A stretch of DNA of 64,000 nt, taken from the NCBI GenBank assembly GCA_963662465.1, contig OY759599.1, positions 7,488,001-7,552,000 of the forward strand, in the 5' to 3' direction. Of this stretch, positions 35,344 to 46,972 are shown in pieces. Each line of letters opens with the position of its first letter. Positions within the stretch are counted from its first letter, which is position 1. The position numbers and the translations under genes were made by a program. Source of the DNA: Desulfatiglandales bacterium. GTDB taxonomy: Bacteria > Desulfobacterota > DSM-4660 > Desulfatiglandales > Desulfatiglandaceae. The notes below the pieces were generated by a model that saw nothing but the letters and a program-made list of their open reading frames with translations, was not told the DNA's origin and searched no databases.

Positions 35344-37056
35344 GTGAAGAAGACAGTTTTTTCCCTCATGATTTTCCTTGCTCCGGTGCTTTTGTTGTCG
35401 TTAAATGGCGCAGCTGCGGATCGCGGCATCACCATCGTCGCCAACAACGGCAGAAGTCTGCGCCTGTATGACGACTATCATGCGGTTGTGATCGGCGTGA
35501 GTGACTATCAGTACTGGCCGAAACTGCCCAATGCGGCCAAGGATGCGGCGGAAGTGTCGGACCAACTGAAGCGCATGGGAGTTTATGTGAAGCTGGTTTT
35601 GAATCCCACCTATCGTGAAATGAAAACGGTTTTAGCCGACATGGTTTACGACATTGGACGAAAGGAGAATCGGGGGCTGTTGTTCTTCTATGCCGGTCAT
35701 GGAGAGACCGAAGCCCTGGCCGACGGCGCCAAGATGGGTTACATCATCCCGCGGGACTGCCCCGTGTTGAAGCACGACCCCCGGGGGTTCGCGGCACACG
35801 CCGTCAGCATGCGTGAAATCGAATCGGCATCCTTAAAGATCCGCTGCAAGCATGTTTTGATGCTCTTTGATTCCTGTTTTTCAGGGGCTCTTTTTTCCCT
35901 GGTGCGCGCCGTTCCCGACGATATCACCGAAAAAAGTCTGCTCCCTGTCCGGCAGTACATCACCGCCGGAACGGAGGAGGAAAGCGTACCCGATAAAAGC
36001 ACCTTTAAACGATGTCTTTTGATTGGTCTGGGCGGCAGCGCGGACCTGACGGGGGACGGCTACATCACGGGGTCGGAACTGGGGATGTACCTGGCGGACA
36101 AGGTGGTCAACTATACCCACCGTCAGCAGCATCCCCAATACGGAAAGATCAATAACCCGGAACTGGACCGGGGGGACTTCGTCTTTGCGCTGAAGCGTTC
36201 GGAGCCGAAGAAAATCGTTGCTCCCGCAAAAGCCCCGCCAGTGGTGCAGGCATCCGCCAAACCCCAGGTTGACCTGGACGCGCTTCTTGAAAAAGTCCGG
36301 CAAAATCAGGAAGCCAAAAGAAAAGCGCGGGAAGCGCTTCTGGCCAAGGCGAAAGAGCTGAAGGTTGATCTGGAGAAATACAACCAGATTCTGCAAGCAA
36401 AAGAAGATAAGACCCTGGAACTGGCTGCATGGGAAGTGTTGGCCATGAAATACCCGGAATGGATGCAAAACGTAAAATCCGGGGATACCACCCAACTGGT
36501 TCGAAATGTAGTAGCGCAAGATACGGATGGGTCCTTTAAAAAGATTTTTGAACCCGGCGCCGGCAAAGGATACGTCAGAAGTCCTGAAAACCTATCGAAG
36601 CATAAGCCTTCCGTTTCGACCGCGGTAAAAACCGGGGAAACAACGAGCGACGGTCGCTTTATCGCCAATTCCGACGGAACGGTTCTGGATACCAAAACAA
36701 AGCTTATGTGGGCGGGTTCGGACGTGGGCGTGTCTTTTGGAGGGGATGATGGTGGTCATGAGGATGCTAAAAGGTGTTGTAAGGGGTATCGGGGGGGTGG
36801 ATACTCGGACTGGCGAATGCCGACCCTGGATGAGTTGGAGGGTCTTTACGATGAAAAGTTGACCAATGAACACGGCTTCCACATAACGAAACTGATTAAT
36901 GTGGGCACCGAGCTTATCTGGGCGGATAACAATAGTTGGGGTGGGGCGGCGAAATTCAATTTTAAAAATGGTTCCACAATGTCTGATGACTTGGGGAGGC
37001 GGGGGCACGGAATGGTTCTCAATGCCCGGGCCCTGCCGGTGCGATCTGCGAATTGA
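35344..37056 (+). CDS. Secreted caspase-like (C14) peptidase with coiled coil and DUF1566 (Lcl C-terminal) domain
   Basis: GGAGG RBS, signal peptide, AVVIGVSDY..L.NA..DA, YAGHG, DSCFSG, DUF1566 motifs ending ALPVR. Confidence 0.88.
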   Translation: MKKTVFSLMIFLAPVLLLSLNGAAADRGITIVANNGRSLRLYDDYHAVVIGVSDYQYWPKLPNAAKDAAEVSDQLKRMGVYVKLVLNPTYREMKTVLADMVYDIGRKENRGLLFFYAGHGETEALADGAKMGYIIPRDCPVLKHDPRGFAAHAVSMREIESASLKIRCKHVLMLFDSCFSGALFSLVRAVPDDITEKSLLPVRQYITAGTEEESVPDKSTFKRCLLIGLGGSADLTGDGYITGSELGMYLADKVVNYTHRQQHPQYGKINNPELDRGDFVFALKRSEPKKIVAPAKAPPVVQASAKPQVDLDALLEKVRQNQEAKRKAREALLAKAKELKVDLEKYNQILQAKEDKTLELAAWEVLAMKYPEWMQNVKSGDTTQLVRNVVAQDTDGSFKKIFEPGAGKGYVRSPENLSKHKPSVSTAVKTGETTSDGRFIANSDGTVLDTKTKLMWAGSDVGVSFGGDDGGHEDAKRCCKGYRGGGYSDWRMPTLDELEGLYDEKLTNEHGFHITKLINVGTELIWADNNSWGGAAKFNFKNGSTMSDDLGRRGHGMVLNARALPVRSAN

Positions 37057-37157
37057 ACATTATGGTTATTTGATGATTTAGGGGGAAGGAAAACATTTTT
37101 GTATTTTCCCGGCAGGGTAATCTACGAAAATGTGGACTCCCAGCGAATGATAGATTC

Positions 37158-37329
37158 AGGTGTTAGGTGTTAAGTTTTAGCTGTTACGGGCAGGCAAAAC
37201 CCGAAATCCAAGACTTGGTCCGGATACCTGTAACCCATGAGAAAATTATTTTTAGGTAATTAAATCAAAAAGAAAGCTTTAGTGCCGGGATAGTTCGTCT
37301 TAAAACTTAAAACTTAAAACTTAAAACCT
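37158..37329. repeat. Inverted pair of heptamer tandem repeats upstream of glnA
   Basis: AGGTGTT/AAGTTTT-type x4 at 37158-37185; CTTAAAA x4 at 37299-37326. Confidence 0.85.
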
Positions 37330-37361
37330 GTTCCCCAATCCTCTTCATCAATCCCATTTTC

Positions 37362-37377
37362 CGGCACCACATTTGCA
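37362..37377 (+). promoter_or_regulatory. sigma54 promoter of glnA
   Basis: CGGCAC-CACAT-TTGCA (GG-N10-GC). Confidence 0.75.
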
Positions 37378-37502
37378 TAACCATAAAACACAAAAAAACG
37401 GAAATCAGTTTATACAAACGTATTGGAATTATCGTACCATGAGTTCGGTGATCATGGATGACGGTGGGAAGAAACATTTTAACATGCAAGGGAGGAAACA
37501 AA

Positions 37503-38831
37503 ATGAACTGTCAGTCATTTGATGATGTGAGAAAAATTGTAAAGGAAATGGATATCAGCTTTGTTCAATTCTGGTTTACCGATGTCTTGGGGGTCTTGAA
37601 GAGTTTTGCCATTACCCCTTCCGAACTGGAGGAGGGCATGACCGAAGGGATGGGGTTTGACGGGTCGTCCATTGAGGGGTTTGCGCGAATTCAGGAGAGC
37701 GACATGATCGCCAAACCGGATCCCACCACCTTTCAGCTGGTTCCCTGGCGGAGCGGCGACCGGCCCGTGGCCCGTATGTTCTGCGATGTGATGCATCCGG
37801 ATGGAACGCCTTATGAGGGAGATCCCCGGTATGTACTCAAAAGGCTTCTCAAGAAAATTGCGGAAAAAGGATATACCTTCTACGTGGGTCCTGAAGCGGA
37901 GTATTTTTACTTCAAGGACGACAAATGCACGGAGGTGCTGGATAAGGGCGGTTATTTTGATTCCCGGCCCGTGGATATGGGAAGCGGCCTGAGACGGGAT
38001 ACCATCTTTGCCCTTCAGGACATGGGGATTCAGGTGGAATACAGCCATCACGAGGTGGCGCCCAGTCAGCACGAGATTGACCTTCGGTACCAGGAGGCCC
38101 TGCGTATGGCGGACAACATCATGACTTACCGCCTGGTGGTCAAGGAGATCGCGCGTCAGAACGGCGTTTACGCTACCTTCATGCCCAAACCCATCTTCGG
38201 GGAAAACGGAAGCGGCATGCATGTGCATCAGTCCCTTTTCATTAAGGATAAAAATGCGTTTTACGATGCATCCGATGAATTTAACCTGTCCACCGTTGCC
38301 AGGCAGTATATTGCCGGGTTGATGCGACACGCGCCTGAAATTACGGCTGTTTGCAACCAGTGGGTCAATTCCTATAAACGCCTGGTGCCTGGATACGAGG
38401 CGCCGGTTTACGTATCCTGGGCCCGGCGAAACCGGTCTGCCATGATTCGGGTTCCCATGTACAAACCCGGCAAGGAAAATGCCACCCGGATTGAGTTCAG
38501 GTCTCCTGATCCGGCCTGTAACCCGTACCTCGCTTTTGCGGTAATGCTGGGCGCGGGCCTCAAAGGGATTGAAAACAAATATGAATTGCCGGCCCCCGTG
38601 GAAGAAGACATCTTTGAGATGAACCCGGCCGAAAGAAAGGCCCATGGGATCACCGATCTTCCAGGGAATCTGTATGCCGCCATTCTGACCACGGAAAAGA
38701 GTGAATTAGTTCGGGAAGTGCTGGGGGATCACGTATTCAATAAATTTATTGAAAACAAAATTATTGAATGGGACAAATACCGAACCCATGTGAGCCAGTA
38801 TGAACTGGATAAATATTTGCCCACTTTATAA
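37503..38831 (+). CDS. glnA: Glutamine synthetase type I
   Basis: FDGSSIEG, HHEVAPSQHEI, FMPKPIFGENGSGMH, SYKRLVPGYEAP, RIEFRSPD. Confidence 0.96.
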   Translation: MNCQSFDDVRKIVKEMDISFVQFWFTDVLGVLKSFAITPSELEEGMTEGMGFDGSSIEGFARIQESDMIAKPDPTTFQLVPWRSGDRPVARMFCDVMHPDGTPYEGDPRYVLKRLLKKIAEKGYTFYVGPEAEYFYFKDDKCTEVLDKGGYFDSRPVDMGSGLRRDTIFALQDMGIQVEYSHHEVAPSQHEIDLRYQEALRMADNIMTYRLVVKEIARQNGVYATFMPKPIFGENGSGMHVHQSLFIKDKNAFYDASDEFNLSTVARQYIAGLMRHAPEITAVCNQWVNSYKRLVPGYEAPVYVSWARRNRSAMIRVPMYKPGKENATRIEFRSPDPACNPYLAFAVMLGAGLKGIENKYELPAPVEEDIFEMNPAERKAHGITDLPGNLYAAILTTEKSELVREVLGDHVFNKFIENKIIEWDKYRTHVSQYELDKYLPTL

Positions 38832-38851
38832 TGCTATAACGCTGAAGTTGC

Positions 38852-38887
38852 TCGTCTCCCTCTGTTTTGAGAGGGGGGCGATTTTTA
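38852..38887 (+). terminator. Hairpin, possible weak terminator after glnA
   Basis: TCGTCTCCCTCT...AGAGGGGGGCGA followed by TTTTT. Confidence 0.55.
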
Positions 38888-38932
38888 TCCTAAAACCGCG
38901 GCTTGCCGCATCAGAAAGGATTCATCCAGGAA

Positions 38933-39355
38933 ATGATAAACACAAAGAGGCGCAAATTGGCGCTTTTTTATTGCCGGAATGTCCCTGAAAGCCGAGAGAA
39001 GGATCGGCAGGCTTTGGAAGAGGCTTGTCATGAGTCCATTGCGCTCTTTCCCATGCCTTGCAGCGGAAGAGTGGAGCCGGTCCATTTGCTCCGGGCCTTG
39101 GAAGAATTTGCCGATGCTGCTTATGTGATCGCTTGCCCCGAAGGCGCTTGCCGCAATTTTGAAGGGAATTTGAGGGCAAAAAAGCGCATTGAAAGGACAA
39201 AATCGATCATTGAAAGTATCGGTCTTGAAAGGGAAAGGGTAGGGTTGATCGTTTGTTCAAAGGATAACCCTAAACCCCTGGCCATGTTGGCTCGAGAGAT
39301 CATGGATAGGATTTCACCCCTGGGGCCGTCCTCCGCATTGGGCCCTGAGGCGTAA
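38933..39355 (+). CDS. mvhD: MvhD/FlpD-like [2Fe-2S] protein
   Basis: PCSGRV, ACPEGAC..EGN..AKKR, IGLERERV. Confidence 0.85.
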   Translation: MINTKRRKLALFYCRNVPESREKDRQALEEACHESIALFPMPCSGRVEPVHLLRALEEFADAAYVIACPEGACRNFEGNLRAKKRIERTKSIIESIGLERERVGLIVCSKDNPKPLAMLAREIMDRISPLGPSSALGPEA

Positions 39356-39403
39356 TGCCGAACTATCCATCGGCGAAGCGTAAATAATGAGGAGAATAGG
39401 GAT

Positions 39404-40072
39404 ATGATCACAGGAGAACAGAAGCCTGTTGAAGAGATCAGAAAAATGATTGCGCCATACAAGCGGATCCTGGTGCTGGGTTGCGGCTCATGTGTTGCCG
39501 AGTGTGCGGCAGGCGGTGAAAAGGAAACCGCTATGCTGGCATCCGCCCTGCGCATGGCGGCCCGAATGAATGATGAGGATGTTGTCATTGAAGAAATGAC
39601 CCTGGACCGGCAGTGTGTTATGGAGTTCGTGGTCCAACTGGACAAAATCATCGAGCCCTATGATGCGGTGCTTTCTCTGGGTTGCGGCGCCGGCGTTCAG
39701 GCCGTGGCGGATATGTACCCGGAAGTGCCGATTATCCCGGGGCTCAATACTGAATTTTTAGGGGAAACAAAGGCCCAGGGGGTTTGGGCGGAAACATGCG
39801 TGGGATGCGGGGATTGTATGCTCTATTATTTCGGCGGCATCTGTCCCCTGACCCGCTGTTCCAAGCAAATTTTAAATGGACCCTGCGGCGGGTCCGTGGA
39901 TGGTCGGTGCGAAGTGAACCCGGATATTCCGTGCGCCTGGCAACAGATCATTGATCGTCTGGAGAAATTCGGCGCACTGGACCGACTGGAAGAGATTTAC
40001 CCCCCCAAGGACTGGTCCAAAAAACAGGGCGGGGGTCCCAGAAAGATTATCAGGGAGGATCAGCAAAAGTGA
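39404..40072 (+). CDS. metV: Methylene-THF reductase Fe-S subunit
   Basis: GCGSCVAEC..GG, RQC, CGAGVQ, CVGCGDC, GICP..RCSK...NGPCGG...CEV..C.W. Confidence 0.9.
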   Translation: MITGEQKPVEEIRKMIAPYKRILVLGCGSCVAECAAGGEKETAMLASALRMAARMNDEDVVIEEMTLDRQCVMEFVVQLDKIIEPYDAVLSLGCGAGVQAVADMYPEVPIIPGLNTEFLGETKAQGVWAETCVGCGDCMLYYFGGICPLTRCSKQILNGPCGGSVDGRCEVNPDIPCAWQQIIDRLEKFGALDRLEEIYPPKDWSKKQGGGPRKIIREDQQK

Positions 40073-41001
40073 ACCATGAAAGTCAGCTAAAAAAAGTTCT
40101 TGCGCAGGGTGAATTTGCGGTCACGGCGGAATGCGGTCCCCCGAAAGGCGCGGATGCGCAGGTGATATTAAAAAAAGGCGAATTACTGAAGCATATGGTG
40201 GATGCCGTGAATGTGACCGACAATCAGACGGCTATTGTTCGCATGTCAAGTCTTGCCGCCTGCAGCCTGTTGAAATCGGCTGGTCTGGACCCGGTGTTGC
40301 AGATGGTGGTCAGGGACCGCAATCGTATATCGCTCCAGTCGGATATCCTGGGGGCGTCGGCTCTGGGGATTCACAATGTGTTATGTCTCTCCGGCGACCA
40401 TCAGATTTTCGGCAATCAACCCCAGTCCTTAGGTGTTTTTGATCTGGATTCCATCCAGTTTGTGCAGGCCGTCAAGGGGATGCGGGATGATGGCGTTATT
40501 CTGGGAGGCGACTTGCTGGATCATAACCCCCACATGTTTATCGGGGCGGCCGCCAATCCTTTTGCGGACCCCTTAGGGTTTAGAATCGTTCGGTTGGCCA
40601 AGAAGATCAAGGCCGGGGCCGACTTTATTCAGACCCAGTGCATTTACAATCTCGACCGCTTTGAATCCTGGCTTTCCATGGCCGCCGACAGGGGGTTGAC
40701 GGAAAAAACCTTTATCCTGGGCGGTGTGACCCCCATCAAGTCGGTAGGCATGGCCAAATATATGAAAGCAAAGGTGGCCGGCATGGATATTCCCGATGAC
40801 GTGATCAAACGGATGGCGGGGGTTCCCAAGGAGAAACAGCGGGAGGAAGGAATCAACATTTGCGTGGAAACTATTTCCCGGTTAAAAGAGCTCCCGGGCG
40901 TCAGCGGCGTCCATATCATGGCCATTGAATGGGAAGAGGCCGTGGGCAAAATCGTCAAACGGGCAGGGCTGTACCCCAGACCGGCCCTGGACAGGGCATA
41001 G
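40069..41001 (+). CDS. metF: Methylene-THF reductase catalytic subunit
   Basis: TAECGPPKG, NVTDN, RDRNR..LQSD, LSGDH, GADFIQTQ, GVHIM. Confidence 0.93.
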   Translation: MNHESQLKKVLAQGEFAVTAECGPPKGADAQVILKKGELLKHMVDAVNVTDNQTAIVRMSSLAACSLLKSAGLDPVLQMVVRDRNRISLQSDILGASALGIHNVLCLSGDHQIFGNQPQSLGVFDLDSIQFVQAVKGMRDDGVILGGDLLDHNPHMFIGAAANPFADPLGFRIVRLAKKIKAGADFIQTQCIYNLDRFESWLSMAADRGLTEKTFILGGVTPIKSVGMAKYMKAKVAGMDIPDDVIKRMAGVPKEKQREEGINICVETISRLKELPGVSGVHIMAIEWEEAVGKIVKRAGLYPRPALDRA

Positions 41002-41014
41002 GGAGGAGCCGGTT

Positions 41015-42406
41015 ATGCCGTCCAAATATGTAATCCATACCAAGACTGTCCCTCGCCGTTTTCAGCCCATGACCCAATCGGGTATTATTGCCTGGGAGGA
41101 AGGGTGTTTAAAATGCGCTGTTTGCGTCAAAACAAAATGCGTTTACGGCGTTTACGACCACCGGGGGCTGGATGCCAGGCACATGGTGGAATCCATTGAC
41201 AACCAGTGCATGAACTGTCTGCGCTGTGTGCAGGGATGCCCCAGGGAGCTGATCCACAAATCCATTAATCCCGAATTCATGGCCATGGGGGATGAGTACT
41301 GGTCTCCCAATATTATCGCCAGTCTGTGGACCCAGTCGGACAGCGGAAAGATCCCCGTTTCCGGGGCCGGTTATTCAGGCCCTTTCAGCGGACCCGGTTT
41401 CGACGCCATCTGGACCGATATGAGCGAGATTGTGAGGCCCACAAGGGACGGGATCCATGGACGAGAATATATTAGCACCGCCGTCGACCTGGGAAAAACG
41501 CCTTCATATCTGGTTTTTAACCCCGAAGGCGAGCTTGAGGGGGAGTCTCCCAGGTTCCTGGACATCCCTTTACCCATTATCCTGAAGGTTCCCGGCTTCG
41601 GGGCCGTGAGTGAAAAGACCCTTGAAGGATGGGCCGAAGCAGCCAAACGGCTGGGGACGCTTTTTTCACTTCCCGAGGAAATGCTGAAACAAGTCCCGGG
41701 CGGATATGCTCCGTGGCTTCTGCCGTCCATTTCATCGAACTCGGAAGGTCTGCCCGCCGGGGTTCGCATGGTGGAATTGACCTTTGATGATGACTGGAAA
41801 GGCAGGGGTAAAAAAACTTTTGCCCCGACGGCCGGTCCGGCGCCTTTGATCTCCGTTAAAATCCCCATGGCCGAAGGCATGGAAGAGAAGGCGCAACTGC
41901 TGGCGGAAGCGGGTGTTTCCATTATCCATCTGGAAGCCGATTTCCAGGGGCGTGCGTTTGACGGCGCGGACTTTTTAAAAGACGGCATCCGTTCCGTTCA
42001 CTTGCGGCTGGTCGAGATGGGGATCAGGGACAACATAACCCTTCTGGTCGGCGGCGGTATTTCCATGGCCGAGCATGTGGCCAAGGCCATTATCTGCGGC
42101 GCCGATGGCGTTTTCATGGATTTTCCCATGCTCATCGCCCTGGAGTGCCGCATGTGCCGGCGTTGTGAAAAGGGCCTCTCGTGCCCGGTGGATATTCAGG
42201 ATGCGTCAGCGGAATGGACGGCCGGCAGGGTGGTGAATCTCATGGGGGCATGGCATAACCAGCTCCTGGAAGTGATGGGCGCCATGGGGATCCGCGAGGC
42301 CCGTCGCCTGCGGGGAGAGGTGGGTCGGGCCATGTTCTTTGAACAGTTGGATCGCGAAACCTTTGAAGCCATGGGAGAGGTTGAGGAGGACTGTGAGCTT
42401 GAATAA
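41015..42406 (+). CDS. Ferredoxin-fused degenerate glutamate synthase FMN-domain paralog
   Basis: CLKCAVC and CMNCLRCVQGCP; IICGADG; CRMCRRC..C; LLEVMGAMG; lacks MSYGS and QGAKPG. Confidence 0.75.
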   Translation: MPSKYVIHTKTVPRRFQPMTQSGIIAWEEGCLKCAVCVKTKCVYGVYDHRGLDARHMVESIDNQCMNCLRCVQGCPRELIHKSINPEFMAMGDEYWSPNIIASLWTQSDSGKIPVSGAGYSGPFSGPGFDAIWTDMSEIVRPTRDGIHGREYISTAVDLGKTPSYLVFNPEGELEGESPRFLDIPLPIILKVPGFGAVSEKTLEGWAEAAKRLGTLFSLPEEMLKQVPGGYAPWLLPSISSNSEGLPAGVRMVELTFDDDWKGRGKKTFAPTAGPAPLISVKIPMAEGMEEKAQLLAEAGVSIIHLEADFQGRAFDGADFLKDGIRSVHLRLVEMGIRDNITLLVGGGISMAEHVAKAIICGADGVFMDFPMLIALECRMCRRCEKGLSCPVDIQDASAEWTAGRVVNLMGAWHNQLLEVMGAMGIREARRLRGEVGRAMFFEQLDRETFEAMGEVEEDCELE

Positions 42407-43889
42407 TTCGGAATCATTTCAGTTGCCTGAAGTTAAACGTACCCCTTCCCGATTTAGAAACGCAATCGGGAAGTACCGGTTGAACCGAACGAGTGCCTGC
42501 ATTGCGTGCGGAAAATGCGTGGAAATCTGCCCCTACGAGGTGCATGTGGCGCGAAGGGGTCGGGTGTTAATCGAAAACGCCTATCGCTGTGTGGGGAAGG
42601 ATTGTGAAAACCCCTGCGTCGATGCTTGTCCGGTTCAGGCGCTCAGTTTAAAAAGAAATCCTGATTTTGAGACATTGGGGGATCGCCGGTGGCCGCCGGA
42701 TTTGCTGGCCTCCTCCTGGCATATGGCGGAATTCGGCCAGGTTCCTGAAAGGGGACTCGAGTACAAGATCGGCGCCTCCGAAGGGGGATTTGACAAACTG
42801 CGCATTGCCTTTAGAAAGAGCAAAATCGGATCGGTTCTGGTGGATGATGATGAAATGGACCTGGGTGTTCTCTTGAACCGGCGCGATGACAATGCCTACC
42901 GGGCCAGGACCCAAGTGCCCTTTTACGGGGGCGGCATGAGCTACGGGTCCGTGAGCATCAACACCATGCTCAGTCGAATGAAGGCGGCCAAGGCCCTGGG
43001 CACCTTTTGCTGCACCGGTGAAGGGGGATACCCCGATGAACTCAAGCCCTACGACGATCATGTGATCACCCAGGTGGCGACGGGTCTTTTTGGGGTGCGT
43101 GAAGAGACCCTTCAGCGCGTCAAGATCGTTGAATTCAAGTATGCCCAGGGCGCCAAGCCGGGCTTGGGCGGGCATCTTCTGGGAGACAAGGTGACACCGG
43201 GAGTTGCTCGCATGCGGGAGGCGGTGGTGGGGTATCCCCTCTTTTCCCCTTTTCCCTTTCACTCGGTGTATTCGGTGGAAGACCACAAAAAGCATGTGGA
43301 CTGGATTAAGGCCATCAATCCCAAGGCTTTGGTTTCCGTGAAGGTCTCTACGCCAACCGACGTGGATATGGTGGCGGTGGGGAGCTATTATGCGGGCGCC
43401 CACATTATTCATTTGGACGGCAGCTACGGCGGTACGGGGGCTGCGCCCGACATTGCCAAGAAAAACATCGCCATGCCTATTGAATACGCTTTGCCCAAGG
43501 TACACCGGTTTTTGACGGAAGAGGGGGTGCGGGATAAAATAACGGTCATTGCCGGCGGCGGAATTCGAACCCCCCATGATGTGGCCAAGACCATTGCCCT
43601 GGGTGCTGACGGGGTCTGCACCGGAACGGCGGATTTGGTGGCCCTGGAGTGTATCAGGTGCCACAACTGTGAGCGCGGACGGGGTTGCGCCAGGGGGATT
43701 GCTACCACTGACAGCGAATTGATGAACCTGATCGAGGTGGAATGGGGAACCCAAAGAATTTTGAATCTGTTTCTCGCCTGGCGAAAGGAACTGGCCCGCA
43801 TTTTGAAGAAATTGGGCATGAAAAACCTGAAGGAACTGGTGGGGCGCACCGATTGCTTGGTGCATTTGGATTATATGAAGAAGAGTTAA
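42393..43889 (+). CDS. Ferredoxin-fused glutamate synthase FMN-binding subunit (split/archaeal type); start 42393 or 42399
   Basis: CIACGKCVEICP, MSYGS, TGEGG, QVATGLFGV, KYAQGAKPGLGGHL, GGTGAAP, CIRCHNC..C. Confidence 0.9.
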   Translation: MSLNNSESFQLPEVKRTPSRFRNAIGKYRLNRTSACIACGKCVEICPYEVHVARRGRVLIENAYRCVGKDCENPCVDACPVQALSLKRNPDFETLGDRRWPPDLLASSWHMAEFGQVPERGLEYKIGASEGGFDKLRIAFRKSKIGSVLVDDDEMDLGVLLNRRDDNAYRARTQVPFYGGGMSYGSVSINTMLSRMKAAKALGTFCCTGEGGYPDELKPYDDHVITQVATGLFGVREETLQRVKIVEFKYAQGAKPGLGGHLLGDKVTPGVARMREAVVGYPLFSPFPFHSVYSVEDHKKHVDWIKAINPKALVSVKVSTPTDVDMVAVGSYYAGAHIIHLDGSYGGTGAAPDIAKKNIAMPIEYALPKVHRFLTEEGVRDKITVIAGGGIRTPHDVAKTIALGADGVCTGTADLVALECIRCHNCERGRGCARGIATTDSELMNLIEVEWGTQRILNLFLAWRKELARILKKLGMKNLKELVGRTDCLVHLDYMKKS

Positions 43890-43958
43890 AAGTGAAGAGT
43901 GAAGAGTGAAGAGTTGCAGGGTGACAACTATTCACTTTTTACTATTCACTCTTCACTT
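43881..43958. repeat. Inverted heptamer repeats forming a long hairpin
   Basis: AAGAGT(G/T)-type x5 followed by TCACT(C/T)T-type x5. Confidence 0.9.
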
Positions 43959-43975
43959 AAATATTTTTGGCGGAA

Positions 43976-46962
<2,987 letters not shown>

Positions 46963-46972
46963 GGCGAACATT

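Noticed and set aside
28610..37056. A complete diversity-generating retroelement
   Set aside because: No reverse transcriptase, Avd or template repeat is visible, and the paralog differences include indels; kept only as a remote-target hypothesis
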